NCBI GenBank assembly: GCA_964658175.1
Contig: CAZZYD010000001.1
Span: forward strand, 1-44,250
Reading direction: 5' to 3'
Length of the DNA stretch: 44,250 bases
From: an uncultured Puia sp.
Lineage (GTDB): Bacteria; Bacteroidota; Bacteroidia; Chitinophagales; Chitinophagaceae
Shown: piece by piece, positions 28,685 to 38,662 of the stretch
How the letters are laid out: the number at the start of each line of letters is the position of its first letter
Numbering within the stretch: position 1 is the first letter of the stretch
Position numbers and translations under genes: made by a program
Notes under the pieces: generated by a model
Seen by the model: only the letters and a program-made list of their open reading frames with translations
Database searches by the model: none
What the model was told of the DNA's origin: nothing

Positions 28685-29879
28685 CCAGCGCCTTCCGGAT
28701 GGCATGGACCATCTTCTCCGCTTTTTCTTCGATCTGGGCTTCTGTCCAGGACAAACTGATCGCCGTGGACACACAGCGGCTCATAATCGCGTCGCTGGCG
28801 GCAAAGGATTTTGTCTGCAGGGAAGTCAGGGCAGCCTGCTGGCCGCTGCTCAGCCGGTTCAGCGCCTGCGGCTTTTTGAGATGATCCCATTTCCGGATAT
28901 AATGCCAGTTGTTTTCAAACCAGTAGAAATTACCCGCGAGGATCTGCTGGGCCTTCATTTCGGCCACAACGGCCTTGGTGGCCTGTTCGCTGGGCAAAAA
29001 CCAGCTTAAAAAAGTATTGCTGTCACCGGTAGGGTCGGGAATTTTGCGGAAGCTGATTTCAGGGATGGTTACAAGGGCATTGCGGAGCATGTCATGGTTT
29101 CTCCGCTGGATGGCGAGAAACTGGTCCAGCTTGCGGATCTGGGCCAGCCCCACGGCGGCATGGAGTTCCGAGATCCTGAAATTGTAACCCAGAAAAGGAT
29201 GGAGATCCGCCCCGCGGTCCACCCCCGTATGATCATGTCCATGATCGGTAAACCCATCTGCTTTTGTATAGATATCCTGGCTATTGGTCATCACCACCCC
29301 GCCTTCCGCACAGGTGATCGTTTTTACGAAGTCAAAGGAAAAGGTTCCGGCATCGCCAATGGTTCCCAAAGCACGGCCCTTATAGGTTCCGCCAATGCTC
29401 TGACAGGCATCTTCCAGTAATAGAAATCCGTGATCCCTGCAAATGGCCTGCAAGGCATCCAGGTCGGCCATGCTGCCACACATGTGCACCGGCATGATGC
29501 AGCGCGTGGCGGGCGTGATCGCTTTTCTCACGGCAGCCGGATCGAGGGTGAGGCTTTCGTCGATATCCACGAGTACGGGAATGGCACCCACACTCAATAC
29601 AGCCTCAAAACTGGCCACGAACGTAAATGAAGGCATGATCACTTCGTCACCCGCACCGATGCCCAGCGCACTAAAAGCCGTGGTGAGCGCCGCCGTCCCA
29701 CTGGACGTGAGCTGCGCATAGGCTGTGCCGAAACGCTGGCATATCGCCGCTTCCAGTTCTTTGGATTTCCAGATTCCTTTTCGCGGGCCGTCAAACCCAT
29801 AACGCATCAGGATGCCTGTGTTCAGCACATCATTCACTTCCTTCTTTTCCTCGGCGCCGAAAAATTCAAAACCTGGCAT
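28635..29879 (-). CDS. kdnA: DegT/DnrJ/EryC1/StrS PLP aminotransferase, KdnA-like (8-amino-Kdo synthesis)
   Basis: SSGTAAL, EDACQ and FSFDFVKTITCAEGG motifs, plus features I recall from KdnA (MPGFE.FG.EE, DHGHDH.G.DRGA, NNWHY); TACCTTTG promoter element at 29917-29924 (minus). Confidence 0.75.
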   Translation of the reverse strand: MPGFEFFGAEEKKEVNDVLNTGILMRYGFDGPRKGIWKSKELEAAICQRFGTAYAQLTSSGTAALTTAFSALGIGAGDEVIMPSFTFVASFEAVLSVGAIPVLVDIDESLTLDPAAVRKAITPATRCIMPVHMCGSMADLDALQAICRDHGFLLLEDACQSIGGTYKGRALGTIGDAGTFSFDFVKTITCAEGGVVMTNSQDIYTKADGFTDHGHDHTGVDRGADLHPFLGYNFRISELHAAVGLAQIRKLDQFLAIQRRNHDMLRNALVTIPEISFRKIPDPTGDSNTFLSWFLPSEQATKAVVAEMKAQQILAGNFYWFENNWHYIRKWDHLKKPQALNRLSSGQQAALTSLQTKSFAASDAIMSRCVSTAISLSWTEAQIEEKAEKMVHAIRKALASVSPQAHYSGQASLT

Positions 29880-29909
29880 ATTTTTTTAGATTAGTTTGAT
29901 AAAAAGGGG

Positions 29910-30362
29910 ATGAATACAAAGGTAAAAGCTTTTCTACTGACGGCCGCAATATTTGCCCTCACCATTCTTCGCGGCCAGGCTCATGCGCCCGCCACGCCGC
30001 CGGGAGATTCCACTATTGCCGGCGACTGGTATCTTCAGCCTGTGCTCGCCTCCGATCTGGTGACGGGAAAAACGGCGACGATCCATTTCGATCCCGCGTC
30101 GAACAGTTTTTCGGGTAATACCGGTTGCAATCAGATGCGCGGAAAATTTTTGAATTCGGCCGACAGCATTCATTTTGACGAAAACATCATCACGACAAAA
30201 ATGGCCTGCGTCGGTTACAACGAGGCCGCATTCCTAAAAAACCTGCTCAGGGTCAACCGTTATTCCTTTAAAAACGGATTCCTGATTTTCTATGTGGATG
30301 GCCAGCAGATTTTCAGCTGGAGCCGAAAACCACCAAGGCTGAAAAAAACCGGGCAGGCCTGA
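29910..30362 (+). CDS. META domain (HslJ-like) exported protein
   Basis: Signal peptide; W.L, FSGNTGCN and TTKMAC motifs. Confidence 0.88.
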   Translation: MNTKVKAFLLTAAIFALTILRGQAHAPATPPGDSTIAGDWYLQPVLASDLVTGKTATIHFDPASNSFSGNTGCNQMRGKFLNSADSIHFDENIITTKMACVGYNEAAFLKNLLRVNRYSFKNGFLIFYVDGQQIFSWSRKPPRLKKTGQA

Positions 30363-30427
30363 TTTTGTCGCACCGTTTGTTTCCCCACATCCTGTTGCAG
30401 CCGCGCCAAGATTCGTAAATTGCAACC

Positions 30428-32800
30428 ATGCAGGATTATTTACAAGGATTGAATGACGCCCAGCGCGAGGCGGTGTTGCATATTGACGGACCGATCATGA
30501 TCATTGCAGGCGCAGGCAGTGGAAAAACAAAAGTGCTCACCACGCGGATTGCGCACCTCATGCGGCAGGGCGTGGATGCGTTTAATATCCTTGCGCTCAC
30601 GTTCACCAACAAGGCCGCACGCGAAATGAAGGAACGCATTGAAAAGATCCTTGGCACCAACGAAGCGAGAAACCTGTATATCGGCACATTCCATAGTGTG
30701 TTCGCGCGTATCCTTCGCGCAGAAGCGCCCAAGATCGGATTTCCCAACAGCTTTACCATTTACGATACCGACGACGCAAAGAGCGTCGTGAAAACGGTGA
30801 TCAATGAATTGAACCTCGACGACAAACACTATAAACCGAATATCGTCTACAACCGGATTTCGCAGGCAAAAAATGCGCTCATCGGTCCGGAAGCCTACGC
30901 CGCTGATTATTCCATACAGCAGGAAGACACACGCAGCAACCGCCCGGCGATCGCGCAGATATTCGACGCCTACACCAAACGCTGTTTTAAAAACGGCGCG
31001 ATGGATTTCGACGACCTTCTTTTGAAATTTTATGAAGTATTAAAAAATTTTCCGGAGAGCCTGCATAAATATCAGCATAAGTTCAAGTATATCCTCATCG
31101 ATGAGTTTCAGGATACCAATCCGGCGCAGTATGAGATCATCAAGCTCCTGGGTGCAGTGTATGAAAATGTTTGCGTGGTCGGCGACGACGCACAGAGTAT
31201 TTACAGTTTCCGCGGCGCAACGATCGAAAATATCCTGCAGTTTCAAAAGGACTATGATGATGTAAAAGTGGTGAAGCTCGAACAGAACTACCGCAGTACA
31301 CAAAGCATCATCAATGTGGCCAATGAAGTCATAAAGCAAAACAAGGGTCAGATACCGAAAAACCTCTGGACCGAAAATATCGAAGGGGAGAAAATAAAAC
31401 TGGTGCGGTCTGCTACGGACAACGATGAAGGCAGGTATGTGGCCGACTCCATCCAGGAACAGAAATTACGGAACCATTTTCACAATAAGGATTTTGCCAT
31501 TCTCTACCGAACCAACTCCCAGAGCCGGGCTTTTGAAGAAAGCCTTCGCCGGATGAATATTCCGTACACCATCTATGGCGGCATCAGCTTTTACCAGCGC
31601 AAGGAAATCAAGGACTTTATCGCCTATCTGCGCGTGATCGTCAATCCGCGCGATGAGGAAGCCCTGAAGCGGATCATCAATTTTCCCGCACGTGGTATCG
31701 GCAAGACCACCATCGATAAAACCGTGCTCATCGCCAATGAAAAGAACATCGCCATGTGGGATGTGCTCAATGACGCGCGGGCGCTCGGATTCAGGGCGGG
31801 AACCCTGGAGGCGATCGAACAGTTTGTACTGATGATAAAAAGTTTTGCCAGCATGCTGCCCAACAGGAACGCACACGAAATAGCAATTCATGTCGGCAAA
31901 CAAACCAATATCGTCAAAGAGCTTTTCAACGACAAGACCACGGAAGGGCTTGCGAAATATGAAAATATCCAGGAACTGCTGAACAGCATCAAGGAATGGA
32001 TGGATACGCAGCAAAACCTCGCACAGATAGATGAAGACGGGATCGTGATCGATGAACAGGCGCCTGCTGCCGACGCGACGCATTTCGGATTGTCCACCTA
32101 TCTGCAACAGATTACCCTCCTGACCGATTCAGACCAGAAAGATCCCAATGCGGATACGGTGAAACTCATGACGATCCATGCCGCCAAGGGGCTCGAGTTC
32201 AGTTGCGTTTTTGCTGCGGGACTGGAAGAATCCCTGTTTCCGAATGCGATGTCCATCAACACGCGCGAAGAACTGGAAGAAGAGCGCCGGCTTTTTTATG
32301 TCGTCATCACGCGGGCCAAACAAAAACTCTGGATCACTTACGCGAGTACGCGCTACCGCTTTGGAAATATCGTACAGAATGAACCAAGCCGGTTTATAGA
32401 TGAAATCCCTGAACATTTTCTCGACCGGAGTTTTGCCGGTGGTGGCGCCAAAAACCAGGGCCAGGGCGGATTTTCCAACCGGACCGCATTCGACCGGCTG
32501 CATAGAAATAGTTATGGAGATAATAACTATAATAACAATGCAAAGGAACCATCCAAACCTTCTTACCTCACCAACCCGGTAAAGCCGCAGCCGAAAGTAC
32601 ATGTGCCTTCGGCAGATTTTTCACCCAGCGACACTTCGGTCCTTGAAGCGGGGGATAAAGTGGAGCATCAGAAATTTGGTTTTGGCGAAGTGCTGACGAT
32701 GGAAGGATCGGCCCACAATCCGATTGCCACCGTGCGCTTCGATCTGAACGGAGAGAAGAAAATCATGCTCAACTACGCCAAACTCCGGATCATTAAATAG
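30428..32800 (+). CDS. pcrA: UvrD/PcrA family ATP-dependent DNA helicase
   Basis: AGAGSGKT, TFTNKAA, DEFQD, VGDDAQSIYSFRGA, LEQNYRS, MTIHAAKGLEF and EEERRLFYV motifs; C-terminal Tudor-like H..FG.G. Confidence 0.93.
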   Translation: MQDYLQGLNDAQREAVLHIDGPIMIIAGAGSGKTKVLTTRIAHLMRQGVDAFNILALTFTNKAAREMKERIEKILGTNEARNLYIGTFHSVFARILRAEAPKIGFPNSFTIYDTDDAKSVVKTVINELNLDDKHYKPNIVYNRISQAKNALIGPEAYAADYSIQQEDTRSNRPAIAQIFDAYTKRCFKNGAMDFDDLLLKFYEVLKNFPESLHKYQHKFKYILIDEFQDTNPAQYEIIKLLGAVYENVCVVGDDAQSIYSFRGATIENILQFQKDYDDVKVVKLEQNYRSTQSIINVANEVIKQNKGQIPKNLWTENIEGEKIKLVRSATDNDEGRYVADSIQEQKLRNHFHNKDFAILYRTNSQSRAFEESLRRMNIPYTIYGGISFYQRKEIKDFIAYLRVIVNPRDEEALKRIINFPARGIGKTTIDKTVLIANEKNIAMWDVLNDARALGFRAGTLEAIEQFVLMIKSFASMLPNRNAHEIAIHVGKQTNIVKELFNDKTTEGLAKYENIQELLNSIKEWMDTQQNLAQIDEDGIVIDEQAPAADATHFGLSTYLQQITLLTDSDQKDPNADTVKLMTIHAAKGLEFSCVFAAGLEESLFPNAMSINTREELEEERRLFYVVITRAKQKLWITYASTRYRFGNIVQNEPSRFIDEIPEHFLDRSFAGGGAKNQGQGGFSNRTAFDRLHRNSYGDNNYNNNAKEPSKPSYLTNPVKPQPKVHVPSADFSPSDTSVLEAGDKVEHQKFGFGEVLTMEGSAHNPIATVRFDLNGEKKIMLNYAKLRIIK

Positions 32801-32807
32801 CAGCCAC

Positions 32808-33158
32808 TCAGAGGCTTTCTTTCAGTGCGGCAATCGTTTTTTTCTCACTGCCGGAAAAGATCTGCTGCTGGTTGATCACCACGGGTCTTTTGAGAAAAGT
32901 ATATTCTTCCAGGATCAGGCGGCGGTAATCTTTTTCCGTGAGGGGCTTGTCTTTTAAACCCATCGATTTGTATTTCATCGAGCGCCGGCTGAAAAGCGCC
33001 TCATAGCTTCCCGCCATTTTTTTCATTTCATCCAGCTGGGCAGCGGTTATTTTTTCCGTTTTGATATTCTGTACGGTAAATCCTTTTTTCTCGAGGCCCG
33101 TGTCTTTGAGAATGCCCTGGCAGGTACTGCAGGTGGCGAGCGAATAGACTTTCTTCAT
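32808..33158 (-). CDS. ArsC/Spx/MgsR family protein
   Basis: LATCSTC and FLKRPV motifs. Confidence 0.85.
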   Translation of the reverse strand: MKKVYSLATCSTCQGILKDTGLEKKGFTVQNIKTEKITAAQLDEMKKMAGSYEALFSRRSMKYKSMGLKDKPLTEKDYRRLILEEYTFLKRPVVINQQQIFSGSEKKTIAALKESL

Positions 33159-33163
33159 GTGAT

Positions 33164-33937
33164 TCAGTTCATGAGCAATTTCCGGAATTCCACCGAATCT
33201 CCGTTAAAAACATCAAAATCCACGTGGGTGTAAATCCCGTTCACGCGTCCACCCTCGTTGTGTTGCCAGAAATTCCAGTTGCGGTAGATCCGGGGCTGGC
33301 GGGGTTGAAGATAGTGGGCCACCCAAAGCGTGTAGCCATCGAAATCATCTTTCAAATATCTTTTATAAAAATCCACGTTGGTGTACAGGATCGGGGAAGT
33401 GCCATAATAATTGCGGATGGTTTCCAGCCATTCCTTGGCGCGTTCGCGGATTTTTTCGGGTGCCACGCCATTGGCCTGTTCGATATCGAGCACGGGCGGC
33501 AGATCGCCGGGAAGCAGGGTGACGGAATTGATAAAATTTTCTGCCTGCGCCTTGCCACTTTTAGAGGAGATGAAGAAATGATAGGCGCCCCGCACAAGAC
33601 CCGCATTTTTTGATTTCCGCCAGTTGCGGGCAAAAAAAGCGTCTTCATTACCCAGGCCTTCCGTCGCTTTGATAAACACAAAGCTGATATGGACATTATT
33701 GACGTGCATATCGCGTACGGACTCCCAGTTGATCACATCCTGGTATTTTGAAACGTCGATCCCGTGGACGGTGTAGTTTACGGGAATTTCTATCCCGAAC
33801 TCGGGATAATGGACAAAACCGGTCCGTCGTTCCACAAACCACTGGTAGAGGGCTATACATAGCATGAACCCGATTGCCACGGCGAAAGAAAATATCACCA
33901 TGCGCCAGATCCTGCTTTTTGGTTTTTGTGTAGCCAT
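33164..33937 (-). CDS. glycoside hydrolase family 25 (lysozyme/muramidase), N-terminally anchored
   Basis: HGIDVSKYQ, IKATEG, GAYHFF, PPVLDIE, LWVAHY and VDFDVF motifs. Confidence 0.93.
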   Translation of the reverse strand: MATQKPKSRIWRMVIFSFAVAIGFMLCIALYQWFVERRTGFVHYPEFGIEIPVNYTVHGIDVSKYQDVINWESVRDMHVNNVHISFVFIKATEGLGNEDAFFARNWRKSKNAGLVRGAYHFFISSKSGKAQAENFINSVTLLPGDLPPVLDIEQANGVAPEKIRERAKEWLETIRNYYGTSPILYTNVDFYKRYLKDDFDGYTLWVAHYLQPRQPRIYRNWNFWQHNEGGRVNGIYTHVDFDVFNGDSVEFRKLLMN

Positions 33938-34033
33938 AGGATGAATAAGACAGGCAAATATAAACGCTTAATCAGCGAGATCATAGAGGCCGGATTCGCT
34001 CTTTTCCTTTTTTAAAACTATTTTTAGGGTAAG

Positions 34034-35065
34034 ATGCCTGCGCTGAACCGCAACGATACGATCAACCTGATTTCCAAACTGACGCCGCGCAGGCTATTCA
34101 ATGGAATAAAAGTGCTCGGAAGCTTCTACCTGAGCAAGTGGACCGGCAAAGCCATTCAATGGGGTGTTCCCGTTTCGGTATCGTTTGAGCCAACTACCTC
34201 CTGCAACCTGCGTTGTCCGGAATGTCCGAGCGGTCTGCGCGCCTTTACACGGCCCACAGGTATGCTGGAGAAGAAGTTTTTTACCGAGATGATCGATCAG
34301 CTGGCCGGCAACCTGCTATACCTCACCTTTTATTTTCAGGGGGAACCTTATCTGAATCCCTCGTTTCTGGATATGGTGAAATACGCTTCGAAAAAGAAAA
34401 TCTATACGGCTACTTCCACCAATGCACATTACCTGACCGATGAAAATGCCCGGCGCACGGTGGAAAGCGGGCTGGACCGGCTGATTATTTCCATCGATGG
34501 CACCACCCAGGATGTATATGCCCAATACCGCGTCGGCGGCAAACTGGACAAAGTGCTTGAAGGAGCGCGCAACATGGTCAAATGGAAGAAGGAACTAAAC
34601 AGCCGGACGCCTTATATTTTTTTCCAGTTTCTCGTGGTGAGGCCGAACGAACACCAGCTGAAAGATATTAAAACACTTGCCCGGGAGATCGGTGTGGACG
34701 GCGTGCGGTTTAAAACGGCCCAGGTCTATAATTACAAGGAAGATCCGAACCGGCTGATTCCGCAGCATTCCAAGCTCACCCGTTACCGGAAAACAAAGGA
34801 CGGCAGCTATGAGCCGAAGAATAAGATGCAGAATCACTGCTGGAGGCTCTGGCATTCGCCGGTGATCACCTGGGACGGACTAGTGGTGCCCTGCTGTTTT
34901 GATAAGGATGCCGAACACCGGATGGGTGATCTGCAGCGCCGGTCGTTTAAAGAGATCTGGCATGATGAGGCCTATGTAAAATTCAGAAAAGGAATTCTCC
35001 AAAGCCGCGCCAATATTGACATCTGTTCCAATTGCAGTGAAGGTGTAAAAGTTTGGGGAGACTGA
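34034..35065 (+). CDS. radical SAM protein with a SPASM/twitch domain
   Basis: CNLRCPEC, FQGEP, STNA and ISIDG motifs; C-terminal C...ITWDGLVVPCC...C..C. Confidence 0.92.
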   Translation: MPALNRNDTINLISKLTPRRLFNGIKVLGSFYLSKWTGKAIQWGVPVSVSFEPTTSCNLRCPECPSGLRAFTRPTGMLEKKFFTEMIDQLAGNLLYLTFYFQGEPYLNPSFLDMVKYASKKKIYTATSTNAHYLTDENARRTVESGLDRLIISIDGTTQDVYAQYRVGGKLDKVLEGARNMVKWKKELNSRTPYIFFQFLVVRPNEHQLKDIKTLAREIGVDGVRFKTAQVYNYKEDPNRLIPQHSKLTRYRKTKDGSYEPKNKMQNHCWRLWHSPVITWDGLVVPCCFDKDAEHRMGDLQRRSFKEIWHDEAYVKFRKGILQSRANIDICSNCSEGVKVWGD

Positions 35066-35071
35066 TTGACT

Positions 35072-35548
35072 ATGACACTTGAAAACGACATCAACCAGCA
35101 CACGTTCCGCTCAGAGCACCAGAAGTCGGTGATCAACATGATCTATACGTTCAACTGGATGAATGCGAAGCTCGATACGATCTTCGATCCGTTTGATATC
35201 ACCCAGCAGCAATTTAACATTCTCCGGATATTAAGGGGAGCGGGAAAACCGTTATCCACTTTGCAGATCCGGCAGCGCATGCTGGATAAGATGAGTGATA
35301 CCAGCCGGATCGTGGACCGACTCATAAAAAAGAACATGGTTAAGAAATCCATCTGTAAGGAAGACCGCCGGCTGGTGGATGTAAGTATTACAGACAAAGG
35401 ACGCAAGCTGCTCGAAAAAATTGATCTGCTTGAAAAAGAAATGGACGCTGTTTTTATAAACCTTACCATTGCAGAAGCCCGGCAACTCAATGAGTTACTG
35501 GACAAAGTAAGAACGGAAGCGTCTCCCGGAACAAATCACCCGGGATGA
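35072..35548 (+). CDS. MarR family transcriptional regulator
   Basis: ITQQQFNILRIL, SDTSRIVDRL and DRRLV...IT.KG motifs; ATG at 35072. Confidence 0.92.
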   Translation: MTLENDINQHTFRSEHQKSVINMIYTFNWMNAKLDTIFDPFDITQQQFNILRILRGAGKPLSTLQIRQRMLDKMSDTSRIVDRLIKKNMVKKSICKEDRRLVDVSITDKGRKLLEKIDLLEKEMDAVFINLTIAEARQLNELLDKVRTEASPGTNHPG

Positions 35549-35568
35549 ATTAAAATCACGCATGGAGA

Positions 35569-37068
35569 ATGAAAAGATTTTTGTGTTTATCGATTGGATT
35601 GTTTGCCCTTACCTCCGCCTTTTCCCAGCCAAAGCACGAACTCAGGGCCGTATGGATCGCCTCGGTTGACAATATCGACTGGCCTCCGAAAGGAATGACC
35701 GATCCCGCACAGCAAAGAGCCGAATTTATCCGGCAGCTTGATATGCATCAACGCAACGGGATGAACGCGGTGATCGTGCAGATCCGTCCGGCAGCAGATG
35801 CTTTTTATCCTTCCGACATCGAACCCTGGAGTGAATGGCTTACCGGCAGGCAGGGCCAGGCGCCAAATCCCTATTATGATCCGCTGCTGTTCATGATTAC
35901 GGAAACCCATAAACGGGGCATGGAGTTTCATGCCTGGTGCAATCCTTACCGCGCCGTGTTCCGGCTGAATGTTTCTTCCATCTCGCCCACGCACATCACC
36001 CGGGTGCATCCTGAGTGGTTTCTCAATTACGGGGATACAAAATATTTCGATCCGGGCAACAAGGAAGTGCAGCTGTATGTAACGGCGGTGATCCGGGATA
36101 TCTGTAAAAGATATGATGTGGATGCCCTGCATTTTGACGATTATTTCTATCCCTACCGCATTGCCGGTAAGGAATTTCCTGACCAGGCTTCTTTTGCGAA
36201 ATACGGCAACGGAATGTCGAAGGAAGACTGGCGCCGCAGCAATACCGATTCGATCATCGTGCTGCTGAGCCGGGCCATCAAGGAAGAAAAGAAATTCTGC
36301 AAATTCGGCATCAGCCCTTTCGGCATCTGGCGGAATGCAGCACAGGATAGTGCGGGCAGCAATACGCATGCGGGACAAACCAATTACGACGACCTTTATG
36401 CGGATATCCTCCTCTGGCTGAAAAACAAATGGATCGATTATGTGATGCCACAGGACTATTTCGAATTCGAACACCGCAATGCCCCCTTCGAGAATATTTT
36501 GGACTGGTGGAACGATCACAGCTATGGCCGCGACTGCTATATCGGGCTCGGCATGTACCGGGCAGGTTCGAATGCGTTCTGGCGCGACCGGACCCAACTC
36601 CCCCGGCAGATGCGTGCCGTGCGGACCAAACAGCAGGTGCAGGGCATGGCCTTTTTCAGCAGTAAATCATTCAATAATAATCCCTACGGCTGGAACGACA
36701 GCCTGCGGACGGAGTTCTATAACTATCCTGCGCTGATCCCGCCGATGGCCTGGATCGATACTACGAAGCCCGCCGCCCCCTTCCTGAGTGTGGTGAAAGG
36801 CGCCGATTCACTGGTTTTCTACTTTCAAAAAGGGAATGCATCCGATTCCTTACGCGGATATGCGATTTACCGAAGCCTGGACAATATCAATGCGGACTCA
36901 ACCCTTCCTTACCAGTTTATTCCATATAAAGAAGTTGTTACATTAACCCTGAAAGCAGGGGAAATGACAGATGGCCGGGAAGTTCGCTATTTTGTGACAT
37001 CGGTCAGCCGCACAAACAACGAGAGTGCGGCCATTCCGGTGCATGTGATGACCACCGAAAAGCATTGA
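35569..37068 (+). CDS. glycosyl hydrolase-like 10 family protein (YddW/DigH-like)
   Basis: Signal peptide; ELRAVWIASV.NIDWP, HAWCNPYR, HFDDYFYPY, FGISPFGIW and WIDYVMPQ motifs. Confidence 0.9.
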   Translation: MKRFLCLSIGLFALTSAFSQPKHELRAVWIASVDNIDWPPKGMTDPAQQRAEFIRQLDMHQRNGMNAVIVQIRPAADAFYPSDIEPWSEWLTGRQGQAPNPYYDPLLFMITETHKRGMEFHAWCNPYRAVFRLNVSSISPTHITRVHPEWFLNYGDTKYFDPGNKEVQLYVTAVIRDICKRYDVDALHFDDYFYPYRIAGKEFPDQASFAKYGNGMSKEDWRRSNTDSIIVLLSRAIKEEKKFCKFGISPFGIWRNAAQDSAGSNTHAGQTNYDDLYADILLWLKNKWIDYVMPQDYFEFEHRNAPFENILDWWNDHSYGRDCYIGLGMYRAGSNAFWRDRTQLPRQMRAVRTKQQVQGMAFFSSKSFNNNPYGWNDSLRTEFYNYPALIPPMAWIDTTKPAAPFLSVVKGADSLVFYFQKGNASDSLRGYAIYRSLDNINADSTLPYQFIPYKEVVTLTLKAGEMTDGREVRYFVTSVSRTNNESAAIPVHVMTTEKH

Positions 37069-37144
37069 GGGGAGCCTCTATATTCAATGATTCATTTTGT
37101 GTCCAAAATCCTAATTTTGAAACAACTAATCCCGGAACATTCAA

Positions 37145-38662
37145 ATGGCGTTAATTGATGTACAATTACCCAGTTCGCTTGCCAGGGCTTTGCGATTACC
37201 AAAAAAATCGCCGAGGCGCCAGCAACTAAAAGTTCTGAAGAAGTTATTGAAGAAAGCCCGCTTTACAGAGTTCGGGCAGCAATTTCGCTTTGATGAGATT
37301 CTGCTGAGCCGCCATGCCGGCAAAAAGTTCCAGGAAAATGTTCCTGTGTTCGATTATTCAAAAATTTACAAAGACTGGTGGTTCAAGACCCTTGAGGGCA
37401 AGCCGGATATCTGCTGGCCGGGAAAGATAAAATATTACGCGCTGAGCAGCGGCACTTCGGAAGCAGCCAGCAAATATATTCCGATCACCAATGACCTGTT
37501 GCGCGGCAACCGGATCGTGATGGTCCGTCAATTATTATCCCTGCGCAATTACCAGGACATTCCGGTGAAGAGTATCGGCAAAGGATGGCTGATGATCGGC
37601 GGAAGTTCCGATCTCCAGAAAGGTCCGGGATATTATGAAGGAGATCTCAGCGGCATCACGGCCAAAAAAGTGCCGTTCTGGTTTTCTCCATTTTATAAAC
37701 CGGGAAAAAAAATCGCCCGCGAAAAAGACTGGAATAAAAAAATCGATGAGATCGTTTTACAGGCACCCAACTGGGACATCGGCTTTATCGTCGGCGTGCC
37801 CGCCTGGATCCAGATGTGCATGGAGAAGATCATTGCCCAATACAAGGTGAATAATATCCATGAGATCTGGCCCAACCTCGGATTCTTTGTGCATGGAGGC
37901 GTATCCTTCGAACCGTACAAAATCGGATTTGAAAAATTATTGGGAAAGCCAATCACCTATATTGAAACCTATCTGGCATCGGAGGGTTTTATCGCTTACC
38001 AGGACCGGCAGGACGAACGCGGGATGCGGCTCGTAACGAGCCAGCACCTCTATTTCGAATTCGTGCCTTTCGATGGGGTCAATTTCGATGCCGACGGAAA
38101 TATCGTTGAAAAGCCGGAAGTGCTTATGATCAATGAGGTGGAAGAAGGGAAAGACTATGCGCTGCTGATCAGTACGGCAGCCGGCGCCTGGAGATACCTG
38201 ATCGGGGATACCGTTAAATTTACGAGCAAGGAAAAAAGCGAGATCATCATTACGGGCAGAACACGCCATTACCTCAGCCTGGTTGGCGAGCACCTCAGCG
38301 TGGACAATATGACCAAGGCGGTGCAGCTGGTCAGTGAGGAACTGAATATCTCCATTCCTGAATTTACCGTGGCAGGTGTTCCCCATGGTTTGTTTTTTGC
38401 TCATCAGTGGTATATTGCCAGTGAAACGGCGGTGGATCCGGAACTGATCCGGAATAAACTCGACGAGAAACTGAAAATGCTCAACGACGATTACGCGGTG
38501 GAACGGAAAAGTGCATTAAAGGATATTCGCGTCAGCATCCTGGCCCCTGAACGGTTCATGGAGTTTATGCGCGTATCCGGAAAAGTTGGCGGCCAACATA
38601 AATTCCCGCGCGTACTGAAAGGGAAGCTGTTAAAGGACTGGCAAACATTTTTACAAACATGA
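37145..38662 (+). CDS. GH3 auxin-responsive-promoter family acyl-adenylate/amido synthetase
   Basis: SSGTS...KYIP, ETYLASEG, WRYLIGD and GGQHKFPR motifs; TAATTTTG at 37112-37119. Confidence 0.9.
   Translation: MALIDVQLPSSLARALRLPKKSPRRQQLKVLKKLLKKARFTEFGQQFRFDEILLSRHAGKKFQENVPVFDYSKIYKDWWFKTLEGKPDICWPGKIKYYALSSGTSEAASKYIPITNDLLRGNRIVMVRQLLSLRNYQDIPVKSIGKGWLMIGGSSDLQKGPGYYEGDLSGITAKKVPFWFSPFYKPGKKIAREKDWNKKIDEIVLQAPNWDIGFIVGVPAWIQMCMEKIIAQYKVNNIHEIWPNLGFFVHGGVSFEPYKIGFEKLLGKPITYIETYLASEGFIAYQDRQDERGMRLVTSQHLYFEFVPFDGVNFDADGNIVEKPEVLMINEVEEGKDYALLISTAAGAWRYLIGDTVKFTSKEKSEIIITGRTRHYLSLVGEHLSVDNMTKAVQLVSEELNISIPEFTVAGVPHGLFFAHQWYIASETAVDPELIRNKLDEKLKMLNDDYAVERKSALKDIRVSILAPERFMEFMRVSGKVGGQHKFPRVLKGKLLKDWQTFLQT

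Noticed and set aside
32510-32545. AAT/AAC-rich stretch in the helicase gene as a contingency repeat
   Set aside because: Imperfect and in frame; it encodes the Asn-rich flexible linker before the C-terminal domain.
33164-33937. GH25 lysozyme as a prophage endolysin
   Set aside because: No holin, structural or integrase genes nearby; it has an N-terminal membrane anchor and a host-type promoter.
23242-35065. The 49-aa Cys peptide as the substrate of the radical SAM/SPASM enzyme
   Set aside because: They are more than 10 kb apart with unrelated genes between them, and the peptide looks like a Sec/SPII lipoprotein; nothing links them.
35587-36597. Long antisense ORFs (e.g. 336 aa here; also 2934-3626, 27510-28199, 31466-32107)
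   Set aside because: Shadow frames opposite well-supported genes, with no motifs of their own.
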